This document shows positions 24,701-34,343 of a stretch of 64,000 nucleotides of DNA, piece after piece; position 1 is the first letter of the stretch; every line of letters begins with the position of its first letter. This stretch comes from Heliobacteriaceae bacterium (GTDB taxonomy: Bacteria > Bacillota > Desulfitobacteriia > Heliobacteriales > Heliobacteriaceae). The stretch spans positions 68,514 through 132,513 of the forward strand of contig JAQWAU010000001.1 of the NCBI GenBank assembly GCA_028707535.1, written 5' to 3'. A program made the translations under genes and the position numbers. Below the pieces are notes generated by a model, which ran no database searches, was not told the origin of the DNA, and was given only the letters and a program-made list of their open reading frames with translations.

Positions 24701-25588
24701 TTAAAACCGCTCATCAAAACCAAAATTCCGCAAAACATCCGGGCGTTGACGCCAGTCTTTTTTCACTTTGACCCATAGCTCCAGAAAAATCTTTGCGCCC
24801 AACAAGGCTTCGATCTCTAAACGAGCCTGTTGGCCGATTGTTTTCAGCATCGCCCCACCTTTACCGATCAAAATCCCTTTTTGGGAATCCCTTTCCGTAT
24901 AGATTGTGGCGTGAACCGCCAACCCACCGGCAGGTTGTTTTTGCAGATGCTCAATAACGACAGCCACCGCGTGGGGTATCTCCTCCCGGGTGGCCAACAA
25001 CACTTTTTCCCGGATCAGCTCCGCCATTAAAACCTGCTCCGGCTGGTCGGTAATTAGCTCCGGCGGATAATAGGCCGGTCCCGACGGCATCCGGTCAAAG
25101 CTTAAATCTTTAAGTCGATCCAAGTTCTTGCCCGTCTTGGCAGAAACCGGGACTACCTCCTGCCAAGAGCAGAGCCGGCTATATCCATCGATTTGTTTAA
25201 AGGCAATTTCCTCGGCTACGGCATCCATTTTATTGATGATTAACAATATCGGGGTGGCTATTTCCCGCAGCAGTCCACTGACAAACTCTTCACCCCTGCC
25301 CGGTTCAGCGGTGGCATCAACAACATAGTAGATCAAATCTACCTCATTCAGCGTTTTCCGGGCGGTGTTAACCATGATTTCCCCTAGCTTATACCGGGGC
25401 TTGTGAATCCCAGGAGTATCTAAAAAAACGATTTGACCCCGTTCTTCATGTAGAATCCCCACGATCCGGTTCCGGGTCGTCTGGGGCTTATCGGAGATAA
25501 TCGCTACCTTTTGGCCGAGCATTTGGTTCATCAAGGTAGACTTGCCGACATTAGGCCGGCCGATAATGCTCACAAAACCGGATTTCAA
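24701..25588 (-). CDS. era: GTPase Era
   Basis: G1 GRPNVGKST, G3 DTPG, G4 NKMD, and a C-terminal KH domain. Confidence 0.95.
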   Translation of the reverse strand: MKSGFVSIIGRPNVGKSTLMNQMLGQKVAIISDKPQTTRNRIVGILHEERGQIVFLDTPGIHKPRYKLGEIMVNTARKTLNEVDLIYYVVDATAEPGRGEEFVSGLLREIATPILLIINKMDAVAEEIAFKQIDGYSRLCSWQEVVPVSAKTGKNLDRLKDLSFDRMPSGPAYYPPELITDQPEQVLMAELIREKVLLATREEIPHAVAVVIEHLQKQPAGGLAVHATIYTERDSQKGILIGKGGAMLKTIGQQARLEIEALLGAKIFLELWVKVKKDWRQRPDVLRNFGFDERF

Positions 25589-25595
25589 TAAACAC

Positions 25596-26036
25596 TCACC
25601 TCAAAATTCCCTTAAGTGTAAACACATCCGGCAGTAGCCGGTCCAAAGTCACTACCCGTTGCCGGTCGGCATCATTGGTCAAAACAATGGGCAACTGGGG
25701 GGCAAACTCAGCCAGCACTTGGCGGCAAGCACCACAAGGGGTAATCAAATCCGGACCATCTGCCGTCAATACCATTAATTGAAACTGGCGGCAACCGGCT
25801 GAAACCGCCTTAAACACCGCTGTCCGTTCCGCACAGTTGGTTAGCCCGTAAGTAGCGTTTTCTACATTACAGCCGGTATAAATGCCCCCATCTACACCAA
25901 GCAAGGCGGCACCGACCCGGAACCGGGAGTATGGTGCATAAGCCTGTTCCCGAACTTGCCGCGCCTGGTCGATCATTGCCGTTAAGACCGCCTGGTCGCA
26001 CGGAACCGGTGTCGTTGCTGAATTTTCCTTATCCAT
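25596..26036 (-). CDS. cdd: cytidine deaminase
   Basis: The CAER...PCGACRQ zinc motifs; 146 aa. Confidence 0.9.
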   Translation of the reverse strand: MDKENSATTPVPCDQAVLTAMIDQARQVREQAYAPYSRFRVGAALLGVDGGIYTGCNVENATYGLTNCAERTAVFKAVSAGCRQFQLMVLTADGPDLITPCGACRQVLAEFAPQLPIVLTNDADRQRVVTLDRLLPDVFTLKGILR

Positions 26037-26523
26037 CTGTACGCCTTAATCCACATTTCCCGAGAATTGTTTCGGCCGTTGCCTGCATCTGCTCACTATC
26101 AGCAAGCGCTTGATGATCATACCCCAGCAAATGTAACAACCCATGGACAAATAAATGGCCGAGTTCCCTTTCCAGGGAATGACCGTACTCCACCGCCTGA
26201 CGTTCGGCCGTTTCCACGGAAATTACCACGTCACCCAGCACGATTCCGGCTAACGGATCCTCATAACCAGGCTCCTCGGCCGTTTGATCCGCCTGGGAAA
26301 AAGATAAGACATCTGTCGAAGCATCGATATTCCGGTATTCCCGGTTTAAGCGCCGGATTTTTTCGTCATTAGTCAATACCAGGCTAATTTCCGGCTCAAC
26401 GGTAAGGTGCCCGGTCTCCTCCAGACAAGTGTACGCAAGCCGCTCAAACAACATTTGCCATTCTTCGGCCAATGCCGGGTCCCAACCACCGGTTTCCCGC
26501 TCATCCACTAAATATAGTTCCAT
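26029..26523 (-). CDS. ybeY: rRNA maturation RNase YbeY
   Basis: The HLFVHGLLHLLGYDH metal-binding motif is present. The start ATG 26523 overlaps the pgpH stop (TAATG); the longest ORF extends to 26610. Confidence 0.9.
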   Translation of the reverse strand: MELYLVDERETGGWDPALAEEWQMLFERLAYTCLEETGHLTVEPEISLVLTNDEKIRRLNREYRNIDASTDVLSFSQADQTAEEPGYEDPLAGIVLGDVVISVETAERQAVEYGHSLERELGHLFVHGLLHLLGYDHQALADSEQMQATAETILGKCGLRRTDG

Positions 26524-28739
26524 TAGGGGTTTTTTCTCCCTTCCAGGTCTTTTGGTGTTCCTTCGGGGTACTCCAATCGAGTATGGTAAGTGCCGTTCAG
26601 CACCCGGCAAAACGCTTGGGCCACCCGGTCTAAATCCTTGAACGTCAAATCTGATTCTTCCAGCTGACCATCATGTAATTTGTCTTTTATTAATTTCCGG
26701 ACCAAACCTTCTATTTTCCCCGGTGTTGTCGGTTGAGACAGGGAACGCACGGCAGCCTCCACCGTGTCAGCCAACATAACTAAAGCCGCTTCCTTGGTTT
26801 GGGGTTTGGGCCCTTCGTAACGAAAATCCTTTTCTTGGACAGACTCCGTCCGGTCCGCTTCCAAAGCCCGGTGATAAAAATAAGACGCCAGGGTTTGCCC
26901 GTGATGTTGCTCCACAATATCAATCACCTGGGCAGGCAAGCCGGCCCCCCGGCTCATTTCCACCCCATCTTTGACGTGGGCCGTAATAATTAAGGTGCTT
27001 AAAGTTGGGGCGATTTTATCGTGAGGATTCTGTCCCTGCGCCTGATTCTCGATGAAAAAGGCTGGGCGACGAATCTTCCCGACATCATGATAATAGGCAC
27101 CCACCCGAACCAGCAAGGGATCGGCACCAATCATTTCGGCCGCAGTCTCTCCCAGATTGCCGACCAGTAAACTATGGTGGTAAGTACCGGGTGCCTCTAA
27201 TAAGAGTTGGCGTAGTAACGGTTGGTTGGGATTGGCCAGTTCCAACAATTTAACCGAAGTCGTCAATTTAAACCCCGATTCTAGATACGGTAAGGAACCG
27301 ATCATGAAGACGGCCGACAAAATCCCGTTAACTAAACCCATCGGCAGCCCATAGGTCGCTACGGTACCGATATTTGTTCCTTGTACCAAGCCCAGGGCAA
27401 AAATGGCCAACATATTAGTGGCGGCTACATTGATCCCGGCACGGGCGAAATCCATTCTTTGACTGAAGCGAGACACACTGTAAATACCGGCCAGAGACCC
27501 CAGCAAAGTTACAATGGCATGGGGAATAGAGTAATCAGCAATAATCCCGACCATCAGGCTCACTATTATGGCGACAAAGATTGCCACCCGGCTGTCGAGC
27601 AAAATAGCTAACAGCATCGGGCCGGTCGCTGCCGGAATAACATACAATAATTCTACCATTACATCAGGTTGTTCGTGTAGCTGAATGGAAGCAATCACCC
27701 TGGCGGTAACCAGGCTTAAAGCCACGACCAGGCCAAGCAGCCAAAGCATCCGTTTGTCATAATAAAGGTCCCGGCGATAGATCCGTAAATACCACATCAA
27801 AACTAAAAGGTTAAGCAAAACAAGCAGACTCATCCCTAACGGCTTAAACCAACTGGCACCTGTCCGCAACACACCAAGTTGCGTAAGGATCCGGACATGG
27901 TCAGCCGTTACCACTTCTCCCTCACGGACGATAACTTCCCCTTGGCGTAAGGGGATCGTAAAAGGGGTGACACTTTGCCGCACTTCATTCTGCAACCGTT
28001 TCGTTGCTTCTTCATCCAAATTGGCATTCGGTTTCAAAAAAAAAGGGACAACAACCTGCAAGATTTCCTTGGCTTCCGGTGACAACTTCAGGCTGCCAAC
28101 CCGCTCCAACACAATGCCCCGGGCTTCTTTCAGGGAATAGGGCAAAACCCGCCCGGCCGCCCGGGTTTCCGCCATACCTTCGGGGAAATCCCTTAATTCC
28201 TCGGTCAAACCAGGCAGGCTCAAGATATCTGTAACCAGGTTATCGGTTTCCACCTGCAAAACAGCCAAGGTTTCCGGTCGCATAACCACCAATTTCTGCA
28301 AAGCCGCTTCCGGCACCGCCACCCCAACCTCAGCCTTTAACCTTTGCCACGGCTCACTATCTTTTCCAACCGCCCCGGAATCCGGGTACTCAATTTGGTA
28401 ATTTAAAATGACTTTATAAAAATAGGCATCCTCCCGTTTAACCCGTTCGATGACGTTAGGATCGTGCGTGTAAACCGGTGCCGTCGACCTTACTTTTTGT
28501 TCCCGGGCTAACCGCGTCTTTTCCTCATCAATGATATCTTTCGAAATAGGGGCTTTAATATTCTTCGGGCTTACCTGCCCAATTTCCAAGGTTTCCAGTG
28601 GGGATAAAAAATCAAGCGACAATACCAACGAAATGATCAGAAAGAAGACCACCCCGATAAATAACCGGCTAGTGGTCATAAAATGCCAACCTTTTTCCAG
28701 CCCCAGCCGAAGTATTTTCCCCAAACGGTGCAATGCCAC
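26523..28739 (-). CDS. pgpH: 7TM-receptor/HD-domain phosphohydrolase (YqfF/PgpH type, cyclic-di-AMP phosphodiesterase family)
   Basis: An extracellular N-domain, seven hydrophobic helices, then an HD domain (HHSLLVGNL...YYHDVGK); 738 aa. Confidence 0.85.
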   Translation of the reverse strand: MALHRLGKILRLGLEKGWHFMTTSRLFIGVVFFLIISLVLSLDFLSPLETLEIGQVSPKNIKAPISKDIIDEEKTRLAREQKVRSTAPVYTHDPNVIERVKREDAYFYKVILNYQIEYPDSGAVGKDSEPWQRLKAEVGVAVPEAALQKLVVMRPETLAVLQVETDNLVTDILSLPGLTEELRDFPEGMAETRAAGRVLPYSLKEARGIVLERVGSLKLSPEAKEILQVVVPFFLKPNANLDEEATKRLQNEVRQSVTPFTIPLRQGEVIVREGEVVTADHVRILTQLGVLRTGASWFKPLGMSLLVLLNLLVLMWYLRIYRRDLYYDKRMLWLLGLVVALSLVTARVIASIQLHEQPDVMVELLYVIPAATGPMLLAILLDSRVAIFVAIIVSLMVGIIADYSIPHAIVTLLGSLAGIYSVSRFSQRMDFARAGINVAATNMLAIFALGLVQGTNIGTVATYGLPMGLVNGILSAVFMIGSLPYLESGFKLTTSVKLLELANPNQPLLRQLLLEAPGTYHHSLLVGNLGETAAEMIGADPLLVRVGAYYHDVGKIRRPAFFIENQAQGQNPHDKIAPTLSTLIITAHVKDGVEMSRGAGLPAQVIDIVEQHHGQTLASYFYHRALEADRTESVQEKDFRYEGPKPQTKEAALVMLADTVEAAVRSLSQPTTPGKIEGLVRKLIKDKLHDGQLEESDLTFKDLDRVAQAFCRVLNGTYHTRLEYPEGTPKDLEGRKNP

Positions 28740-28754
28740 CCTTTGTCACCTCGT

Positions 28755-29633
28755 TTAATCTTCCAGCCGGTCCTGCCCTTCGAACACCTCATAAGCCCGG
28801 ATAATCCGACCGACAAGGGGGTTCCGAACCACATCGGCCGCCGTTAAAAACTGAAAACTGATCCCCTCAATATCTTGGAGAATCTTTTGCACAATAATCA
28901 GACCCGAACGCGAACCCCGCGGTAAATCAACCTGAGTTATATCACCGGTAACTACCGCTTGTGAACCATAGCCAATGCGCGTTAAAAACATCTTCATCTG
29001 CTCTGGCGTAGTATTTTGCGCCTCGTCGAGAATAATAAAAGCATCATCCAGGGTACGGCCACGCATATAGGCCAATGGGGCGATCTCGATCACACCCCGT
29101 TCCATATATTTTTGCGCCACTTCCACCCCCATGGTATCAAAAAGGGCATCATACAACGGGCGCAAATACGGATCAACCTTCTCTTGGAGATCTCCCGGTA
29201 AAAAGCCTAATTTCTCCCCCGCTTCAACTGCCGGCCGGGTCAAAATAATCCGGCTTACTTCTTTATTCTTGAGCGCTCTTACCGCCATTACTACCGCCAG
29301 ATAAGTTTTGCCGGTACCTGCCGGTCCAATACAGAATGCAATCGGATAATCACGGATCGCCATGATATATTGCCGCTGGCCCAAAGTTTTGGCCCGGATT
29401 TGTTTTCCCCGGACCGTAGTCATGATTACCTCGGAAAGAACATCGGCAATTAACTGGCGCCGGCCTTCCCGTACAAAGGAAATGGCATAATCAATTTCGG
29501 CAGGGCCCACCATTTCCCCGGCCCGCACCATGGCAATCAACTGTTCAAATAATTTGGCGGTACGGTCAACTTCGGCGTTTTCCCCGGAAATAAGGATATT
29601 GCCCCCCCGGGCCACAATCTTGGCTCCGCTCAA
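28755..29633 (-). CDS. phoH: PhoH-family ATPase; true start probably upstream of the first canonical start codon
   Basis: Walker A GPAGTGKT and ILDEAQN are present. The coordinates start at TTG 29633, but homology (INLEDNWDAARLFGHQDENLRYIER) continues in frame upstream; see findings. Confidence 0.9.
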   Translation of the reverse strand: MSGAKIVARGGNILISGENAEVDRTAKLFEQLIAMVRAGEMVGPAEIDYAISFVREGRRQLIADVLSEVIMTTVRGKQIRAKTLGQRQYIMAIRDYPIAFCIGPAGTGKTYLAVVMAVRALKNKEVSRIILTRPAVEAGEKLGFLPGDLQEKVDPYLRPLYDALFDTMGVEVAQKYMERGVIEIAPLAYMRGRTLDDAFIILDEAQNTTPEQMKMFLTRIGYGSQAVVTGDITQVDLPRGSRSGLIIVQKILQDIEGISFQFLTAADVVRNPLVGRIIRAYEVFEGQDRLED

Positions 29634-29741
29634 ACGCTCAATATACCGCAGGTTTTCGTCCTGGTGCCCGAAAAGCCGGGCCGCATCCCAATTGTCCTCA
29701 AGATTGATTCTGACCTCACGGCAAGATGCTACCAGCTTGGC

Positions 29742-31007
29742 TTACCTCCTGTATGTACGCCCTGTTTCCTTTTGCGGTTTAAAGACAGGTGCGGCCGGTT
29801 GGGGTGTGGCGATATCCTCGAGCACTTCTACTGCCACCTTGACCCGAACCATTCCCGGTGGGGCGTCTGGGGACTCAACCATTTCCCGAATTACCCGTCC
29901 TCCCGGGGCCAAACCGGCATTAATCTGTTGCCGGGCTTTTCCCCGGGCTCCTTCAACCGCCTCTTCCGGACTCCGTTCCTGACGATAGGGGCGTAACTCA
30001 TGGTACTCTGTTTTTATTATTTCGACAGGCATTTGGAGATTCCTCCACAAACCTGTGGTTCTTACATAAACCTCTTCCTTCGCTGCTGGAAACGGATTGA
30101 AACGGGGGCCTTTTAAGATGATTTCCTGTTTTCCCCATTTTATTCGCCACTGGTCCGCTACTTTCCCCGTCGGCAAACTACCTTCACGAATTACCGGTTC
30201 CTCCACAACCGCCGTATACCAGACTTTGGACCAGACCTCCCCTTTCGCCTGAACGTTTTCCACCAACTGTGCTTTACCATTGCCCGCCTTGTCCGGTTCC
30301 CCAGAGACCGGGGGACCATAGATTACCCCGGAAATCAAAACCTGTCCCTTAGTTACTTGATCGCCTTCTTTAACTTTTCCTTCCCCCACCAAAACTAAAA
30401 GGCGCTGCACCAGACCATCCTTACCGGCGACAATATTTACCGGCCCCGCTATAGGTAAACTCTTGGGTAAGACCTTTTCTTGCACCTCAATGGTTATCCG
30501 GGTCCCTTTAGCGTGGATCCCCACCCACTCAAGATCGGAAACCATTTGCATAATACCGCGTTCAGCAGCCCTAACGTCCAGCAACGGTTTCCAGGTACCT
30601 ACCCGCACCCCATGTTTTGCCGCCATCCCTAAGATGGTGGGCTTGTCCACGCGTTCGTTGCCAATTACTTCGACATCCCAGACCACCGTGGACAAAAGAC
30701 AGATAATCAGCACAAACATCAATGCCCCAAAACAAACAGACCGGTACCGTCTGACTGCCAGCCATAAAAAAGGAAACCCGGAGCGTTCCTCAATTTTTAC
30801 GTGACAATGGGTTTTACGGGCAACATGACGTAAAGACCGAAAACCATCTAATCGCACCTTGATACTCATATCTCCGGCTGATTCCCGGCGCAAATCAAAA
30901 AGCGGAATTCCTCTACCGACAGCAAGATTGATAAACTTTTCCAGCTGGGTTCCCGTCGCCCGCACCTTAACATAACCCAGCCAAAACAGCCACCAATTCC
31001 GGAGCAT
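29742..31007 (-). CDS. yqfD: sporulation protein YqfD
   Basis: ...LGYVKVRATGTQLEKFINLAVGRGIPLFDL... N-terminus, a single TM segment, size of 421 aa, and position after yqfC. Confidence 0.85.
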   Translation of the reverse strand: MLRNWWLFWLGYVKVRATGTQLEKFINLAVGRGIPLFDLRRESAGDMSIKVRLDGFRSLRHVARKTHCHVKIEERSGFPFLWLAVRRYRSVCFGALMFVLIICLLSTVVWDVEVIGNERVDKPTILGMAAKHGVRVGTWKPLLDVRAAERGIMQMVSDLEWVGIHAKGTRITIEVQEKVLPKSLPIAGPVNIVAGKDGLVQRLLVLVGEGKVKEGDQVTKGQVLISGVIYGPPVSGEPDKAGNGKAQLVENVQAKGEVWSKVWYTAVVEEPVIREGSLPTGKVADQWRIKWGKQEIILKGPRFNPFPAAKEEVYVRTTGLWRNLQMPVEIIKTEYHELRPYRQERSPEEAVEGARGKARQQINAGLAPGGRVIREMVESPDAPPGMVRVKVAVEVLEDIATPQPAAPVFKPQKETGRTYRR

Positions 31008-31054
31008 TGTCTCCCACCTCCCGAATTTTCCGCTTAGCTCAACTTAATCTTTGT

Positions 31055-31342
31055 TCAACCCGGCCGGTATTCCAGTTTTTTAATGTACCCTTCTAAGATT
31101 AATTCCTCCGGCAGAATCGTCCGGAGTACCAGCTTTTCCCCATTTATTACTAATTGGCCCCCGGTTACCAGAACCCTGACACACTCTTCATTGTATTCCA
31201 CAATCCCCCGGTGGTTTTCGAGGATCATTTGCACATTGCCGATCACGGTAATCTTGGGTAGATCAAGGAGAATGTCTTTAGGCATTTCCAAAAAGCCTGC
31301 CAGTATTTTCTGCAACCGCTGTTTTTTTGGTTCTAACTTCAT
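31055..31342 (-). CDS. yqfC: sporulation protein YqfC
   Basis: ...EMPKDILLDLPKITVIGNVQMILENHRGIVEYNEE...; 95 aa; conserved family and position. Confidence 0.85.
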   Translation of the reverse strand: MKLEPKKQRLQKILAGFLEMPKDILLDLPKITVIGNVQMILENHRGIVEYNEECVRVLVTGGQLVINGEKLVLRTILPEELILEGYIKKLEYRPG

Positions 31343-31429
31343 CGCCCCGCCTCCTTTTCATTCTCCTTGTCCCATGCATATGCAAGACAAAAACGGATCA
31401 TGCAGCCTGTCCGAAAACCGCTTGCCCAC

Positions 31430-31464
31430 AAAAAAACCCCGGTGATGTTTAACACCACCAGGGT
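31430..31464 (-). terminator. intrinsic terminator after rpsU
   Basis: On the minus strand, cccuggugguguuaaacaucaccgggg is followed by uuuuuuu. Confidence 0.75.
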
Positions 31465-31540
31465 CTTTAATTTCCTCCTTAAAATGTTGGGGGAGGTAAG
31501 CTACCTAAAAGCAGCTTGGAGCAACCGCTCGAACGGCCCT

Positions 31541-31717
31541 TTAATTGTACTTGCGTTTCCGTGCCGCCTCCGACTTCTTTTTCCTTTTCACGCTGGGCTT
31601 TAAATAATGCTCCCGTTTTCGGCACTCCGACAAAACGCCTGCCTTTTGGCAGGAACGCTTAAATCTCCTTAAGGCACTATCTAAACTCTCATTTTTGCCA
31701 ACCTTGACTTCGCTCAT
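31541..31717 (-). CDS. rpsU: 30S ribosomal protein S21
   Basis: Hand translation gives [58 protein letters not shown] (58 aa). The SD is GGGGAGGGAAG. The ORF track missed it because it is under 60 aa. Confidence 0.9.
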   Translation of the reverse strand: MSEVKVGKNESLDSALRRFKRSCQKAGVLSECRKREHYLKPSVKRKKKSEAARKRKYN

Positions 31718-31818
31718 TTCCGCTTCCCTCCCCCCACTGGTATCTCCGGTGCCAAGTTGAAACTGTGTTTTTTGTCGCAGGAATTAGCTTTATAAAATCT
31801 TAGATAAACACATATTTC

Positions 31819-31847
31819 ATTATACTCCCAGGGGGCGGGAGCGTCAA
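31819..31847 (-). promoter_or_regulatory. sigmaA-type promoter for rpsU
   Basis: Minus strand reads TTGACG, 17 nt, TATAAT, about 100 nt upstream of the rpsU ATG. Confidence 0.6.
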
Positions 31848-31874
31848 CGGATCAGCTGGTGGTCAGCAATACCT

Positions 31875-32219
31875 TCAACCAGGAGGCCAACCCAACTGTC
31901 TACCCGCAAGCAGGTGAATATGCAGATGGAATACCGTCTGGCCGGCCTGGACCCCATTATTGAGCACCAACCGGTAACCATTTTCTTCACCACCTAAGTC
32001 CTGGGCTATCCGCCGGGCAACCAAAAGCAAGTGCCCAAGTAAAGCCTGTTGCGCATTCGTCACCGCGGCAATCCCGGAAATGTGTTCCCGGGGAATAATT
32101 AACACATGGATTGGGGCAACCGGGTTAACATCGCGAAAGGCAATACATTGGTCGTCTTCATAGACGATTTGCGCGGGAATTTCCCCTTGACTAATTTTGC
32201 AAAACAAGCAATCCTTCAC
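31875..32219 (-). CDS. histidine triad (HIT) nucleotide-binding protein
   Basis: CLFCKI..., and VFHLHIHLL containing the HxHxH motif; 114 aa. Confidence 0.9.
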   Translation of the reverse strand: MKDCLFCKISQGEIPAQIVYEDDQCIAFRDVNPVAPIHVLIIPREHISGIAAVTNAQQALLGHLLLVARRIAQDLGGEENGYRLVLNNGVQAGQTVFHLHIHLLAGRQLGWPPG

Positions 32220-33572
32220 CTAATTCACCCCCAAATCATCGTTCGCTAGCGTGCCCGTCAGATGACCACCGTAATGCCGCCCTATTAGGTTTACAGGCAA
32301 CAACCGGCCCCGTAAGGCCTCCTGATCAGGCAAACATTTCCCGGTCGGAACGACCCGGAAAATCACTTTCAAATAATTGGCGGTGTGACCGGCCCACCAA
32401 CCATCACCCAGTCCCTCTTCAACCAACACTTCTTTGGTCCGGCCAACAAACTTAGCCGCATAGCAGTTTGCTAATTCACCAGCTACCGCTCCCAGCCGGC
32501 GAACCCGCTCCGCTTTTACCCGGCTGGGTACTTGACCGCTAAAACTTGCTGCCGGTGTACCCCGGCGTGGTGAAAAGGGAAAAACATGAATACCGGCCAG
32601 CATCATCTCCTGGCAGAGGCTAACCGTCAAGGTGAAATCATGTTCCGTTTCACCCGGAAAACCGACAATCACGTCGGCTGCCACTGCGGCATCCGGGATC
32701 CTGGCAGTAATTTTCGCTACTACCTCGCGGAAATCCTGCCTTCGGTATTTTCGGCCCATCTGAGCCAAAATGCGATCAGCGCCGGATTGCAAAGGGATAT
32801 GAAAATGGGGGCAAACCTTATGGTGATCAATTGCCGTGAACAAAGCCGGTGAAAATTCCTGCGGTTCTACCGAACCGAGCCGCAACCGCCGCAAACCCGG
32901 CAGATCACGTAACCGGGTTACCAATTGGGCCAAATCAGTCTGAAGGTCAAGACCATAAACCCCCACGTGGATCCCGGTTAGGACGATCTCTTGAAACCCT
33001 GCGGCAACCAGACGTTCCGCTTCCCGCAGAACACTAGCCGGTGGCCGGCTGCGGCTTGGTCCCCGGGCATAAGGGATCACACAATAGGTACAATAGCGGT
33101 CACATCCGTCTTGAATCTTCAGTAAAGCCCGGACCCGGGAAATTTCTGCTGTTCCCGGCATTTCCTCGAACAATCCGTTTTCCCGGACATCTCCGACCGT
33201 ATTAATTGGTTTCCCGGCATCCCGGTATTTTTCGACCAGATCGACAACTTGGCTCCGTCCCTTGGTACCGACAACAATATCAACACCGGGGATCGCCTGG
33301 ACCTCGGCTGCCGCCAATTGAGCATAACACCCGCTAACCACCACCACTGCCTGCGGATTTAAGCGTTTGGCCCGCCGGATGGCCTGCCGCGATTTCCGGT
33401 CACTAACATGGGTGACCGAGCAGGTATTGATCACGTAGACATCGGCCGGGACATCAAAAGGAACAATCCGGTACCCCCGGGCCGTAAAAAGTCCGGCCAA
33501 AGCGGCCGATTCCCCTTGATTCACTTTACAACCCAAGGTATGAATCGCTACCGAAGCGATGCTCCGGTTCAT
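32220..33572 (-). CDS. mtaB: tRNA t6A37 methylthiotransferase MtaB (radical SAM)
   Basis: The N-terminal UPF0004 Cys triad (GCKVN...NTC...GC), the radical SAM motif CDRYCTYCVIP, and a TRAM-like C-terminus are present. ATG 33572 forms an ATGA overlap with the rsmE stop. Confidence 0.9.
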   Translation of the reverse strand: MNRSIASVAIHTLGCKVNQGESAALAGLFTARGYRIVPFDVPADVYVINTCSVTHVSDRKSRQAIRRAKRLNPQAVVVVSGCYAQLAAAEVQAIPGVDIVVGTKGRSQVVDLVEKYRDAGKPINTVGDVRENGLFEEMPGTAEISRVRALLKIQDGCDRYCTYCVIPYARGPSRSRPPASVLREAERLVAAGFQEIVLTGIHVGVYGLDLQTDLAQLVTRLRDLPGLRRLRLGSVEPQEFSPALFTAIDHHKVCPHFHIPLQSGADRILAQMGRKYRRQDFREVVAKITARIPDAAVAADVIVGFPGETEHDFTLTVSLCQEMMLAGIHVFPFSPRRGTPAASFSGQVPSRVKAERVRRLGAVAGELANCYAAKFVGRTKEVLVEEGLGDGWWAGHTANYLKVIFRVVPTGKCLPDQEALRGRLLPVNLIGRHYGGHLTGTLANDDLGVN

Positions 33573-34315
33573 CCCCAATCCCCCAGTTCATACATAATGG
33601 CGGTGATCGCGGCTAATCCCGCGGTTTCCGTACGAAGAATCCGGGGGCCCAGCCGTGCAACCCGGCCTCCCCGGGAAACCGCTCTACCCACTTCCTCGCT
33701 GGTAAATCCCCCTTCCGGCCCAATGGCCACCCCCAATCCCGGACAGTTCGCCGGCAATTGCTTAAGCACCGAACGCAAACCCCGGACCTGTTCTTCTTCC
33801 CAAGGGATTACCAGGGGCCTGGTCAGAGGCCATTCAGCCATTACCAGCGGCCAAGGTTGGGGTTGGGCCACCTGAGGCACAACCGTACGCCGGCTTTGTT
33901 TACAAGCTTCCCGGGCGATTTTTTGCCACCGTTTTTGCCGTTCTACCGCTTTTTGGGGTGCAAACTTAATTATTGTCCGTTCGGTAATCACCGGAACAAT
34001 CTCGGCAACCCCAAGTTCTGTCGCCTTTTGCACAATCCAATCCATTTTGTCGCCTTTAGCAATCCCTTGCAGCAAACAAAGCCTGAAGCAAGCTTCCCGG
34101 CTCTCCCCTGTGGAGACCAGGTTCCCTAAATGTACCACCCCCCTGGTCACTTCCACCACCCGGCCGGCAAATTCCCGCCCTTGACCATCGAAGGCCAATA
34201 CGGTTGCACCCGGTGGTTGCCGGATCACCTGGGTTAAATGATGGCTTTCCTCTTCGTCAAGCCAGATACTGCCGTCAACCAAAGCCTCCGGGGCGAAAAA
34301 AAAACGGTGCATCAC
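33569..34315 (-). CDS. rsmE: 16S rRNA (uracil1498-N3)-methyltransferase RsmE
   Basis: MHRFF... N-terminus and IGPEGGF...LGPRILRTETA C-terminal SPOUT-knot blocks. Confidence 0.9.
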   Translation of the reverse strand: MMHRFFFAPEALVDGSIWLDEEESHHLTQVIRQPPGATVLAFDGQGREFAGRVVEVTRGVVHLGNLVSTGESREACFRLCLLQGIAKGDKMDWIVQKATELGVAEIVPVITERTIIKFAPQKAVERQKRWQKIAREACKQSRRTVVPQVAQPQPWPLVMAEWPLTRPLVIPWEEEQVRGLRSVLKQLPANCPGLGVAIGPEGGFTSEEVGRAVSRGGRVARLGPRILRTETAGLAAITAIMYELGDWG

Positions 34316-34343
34316 CTTACGCTCCAGTCACTTACTTTCTTTT

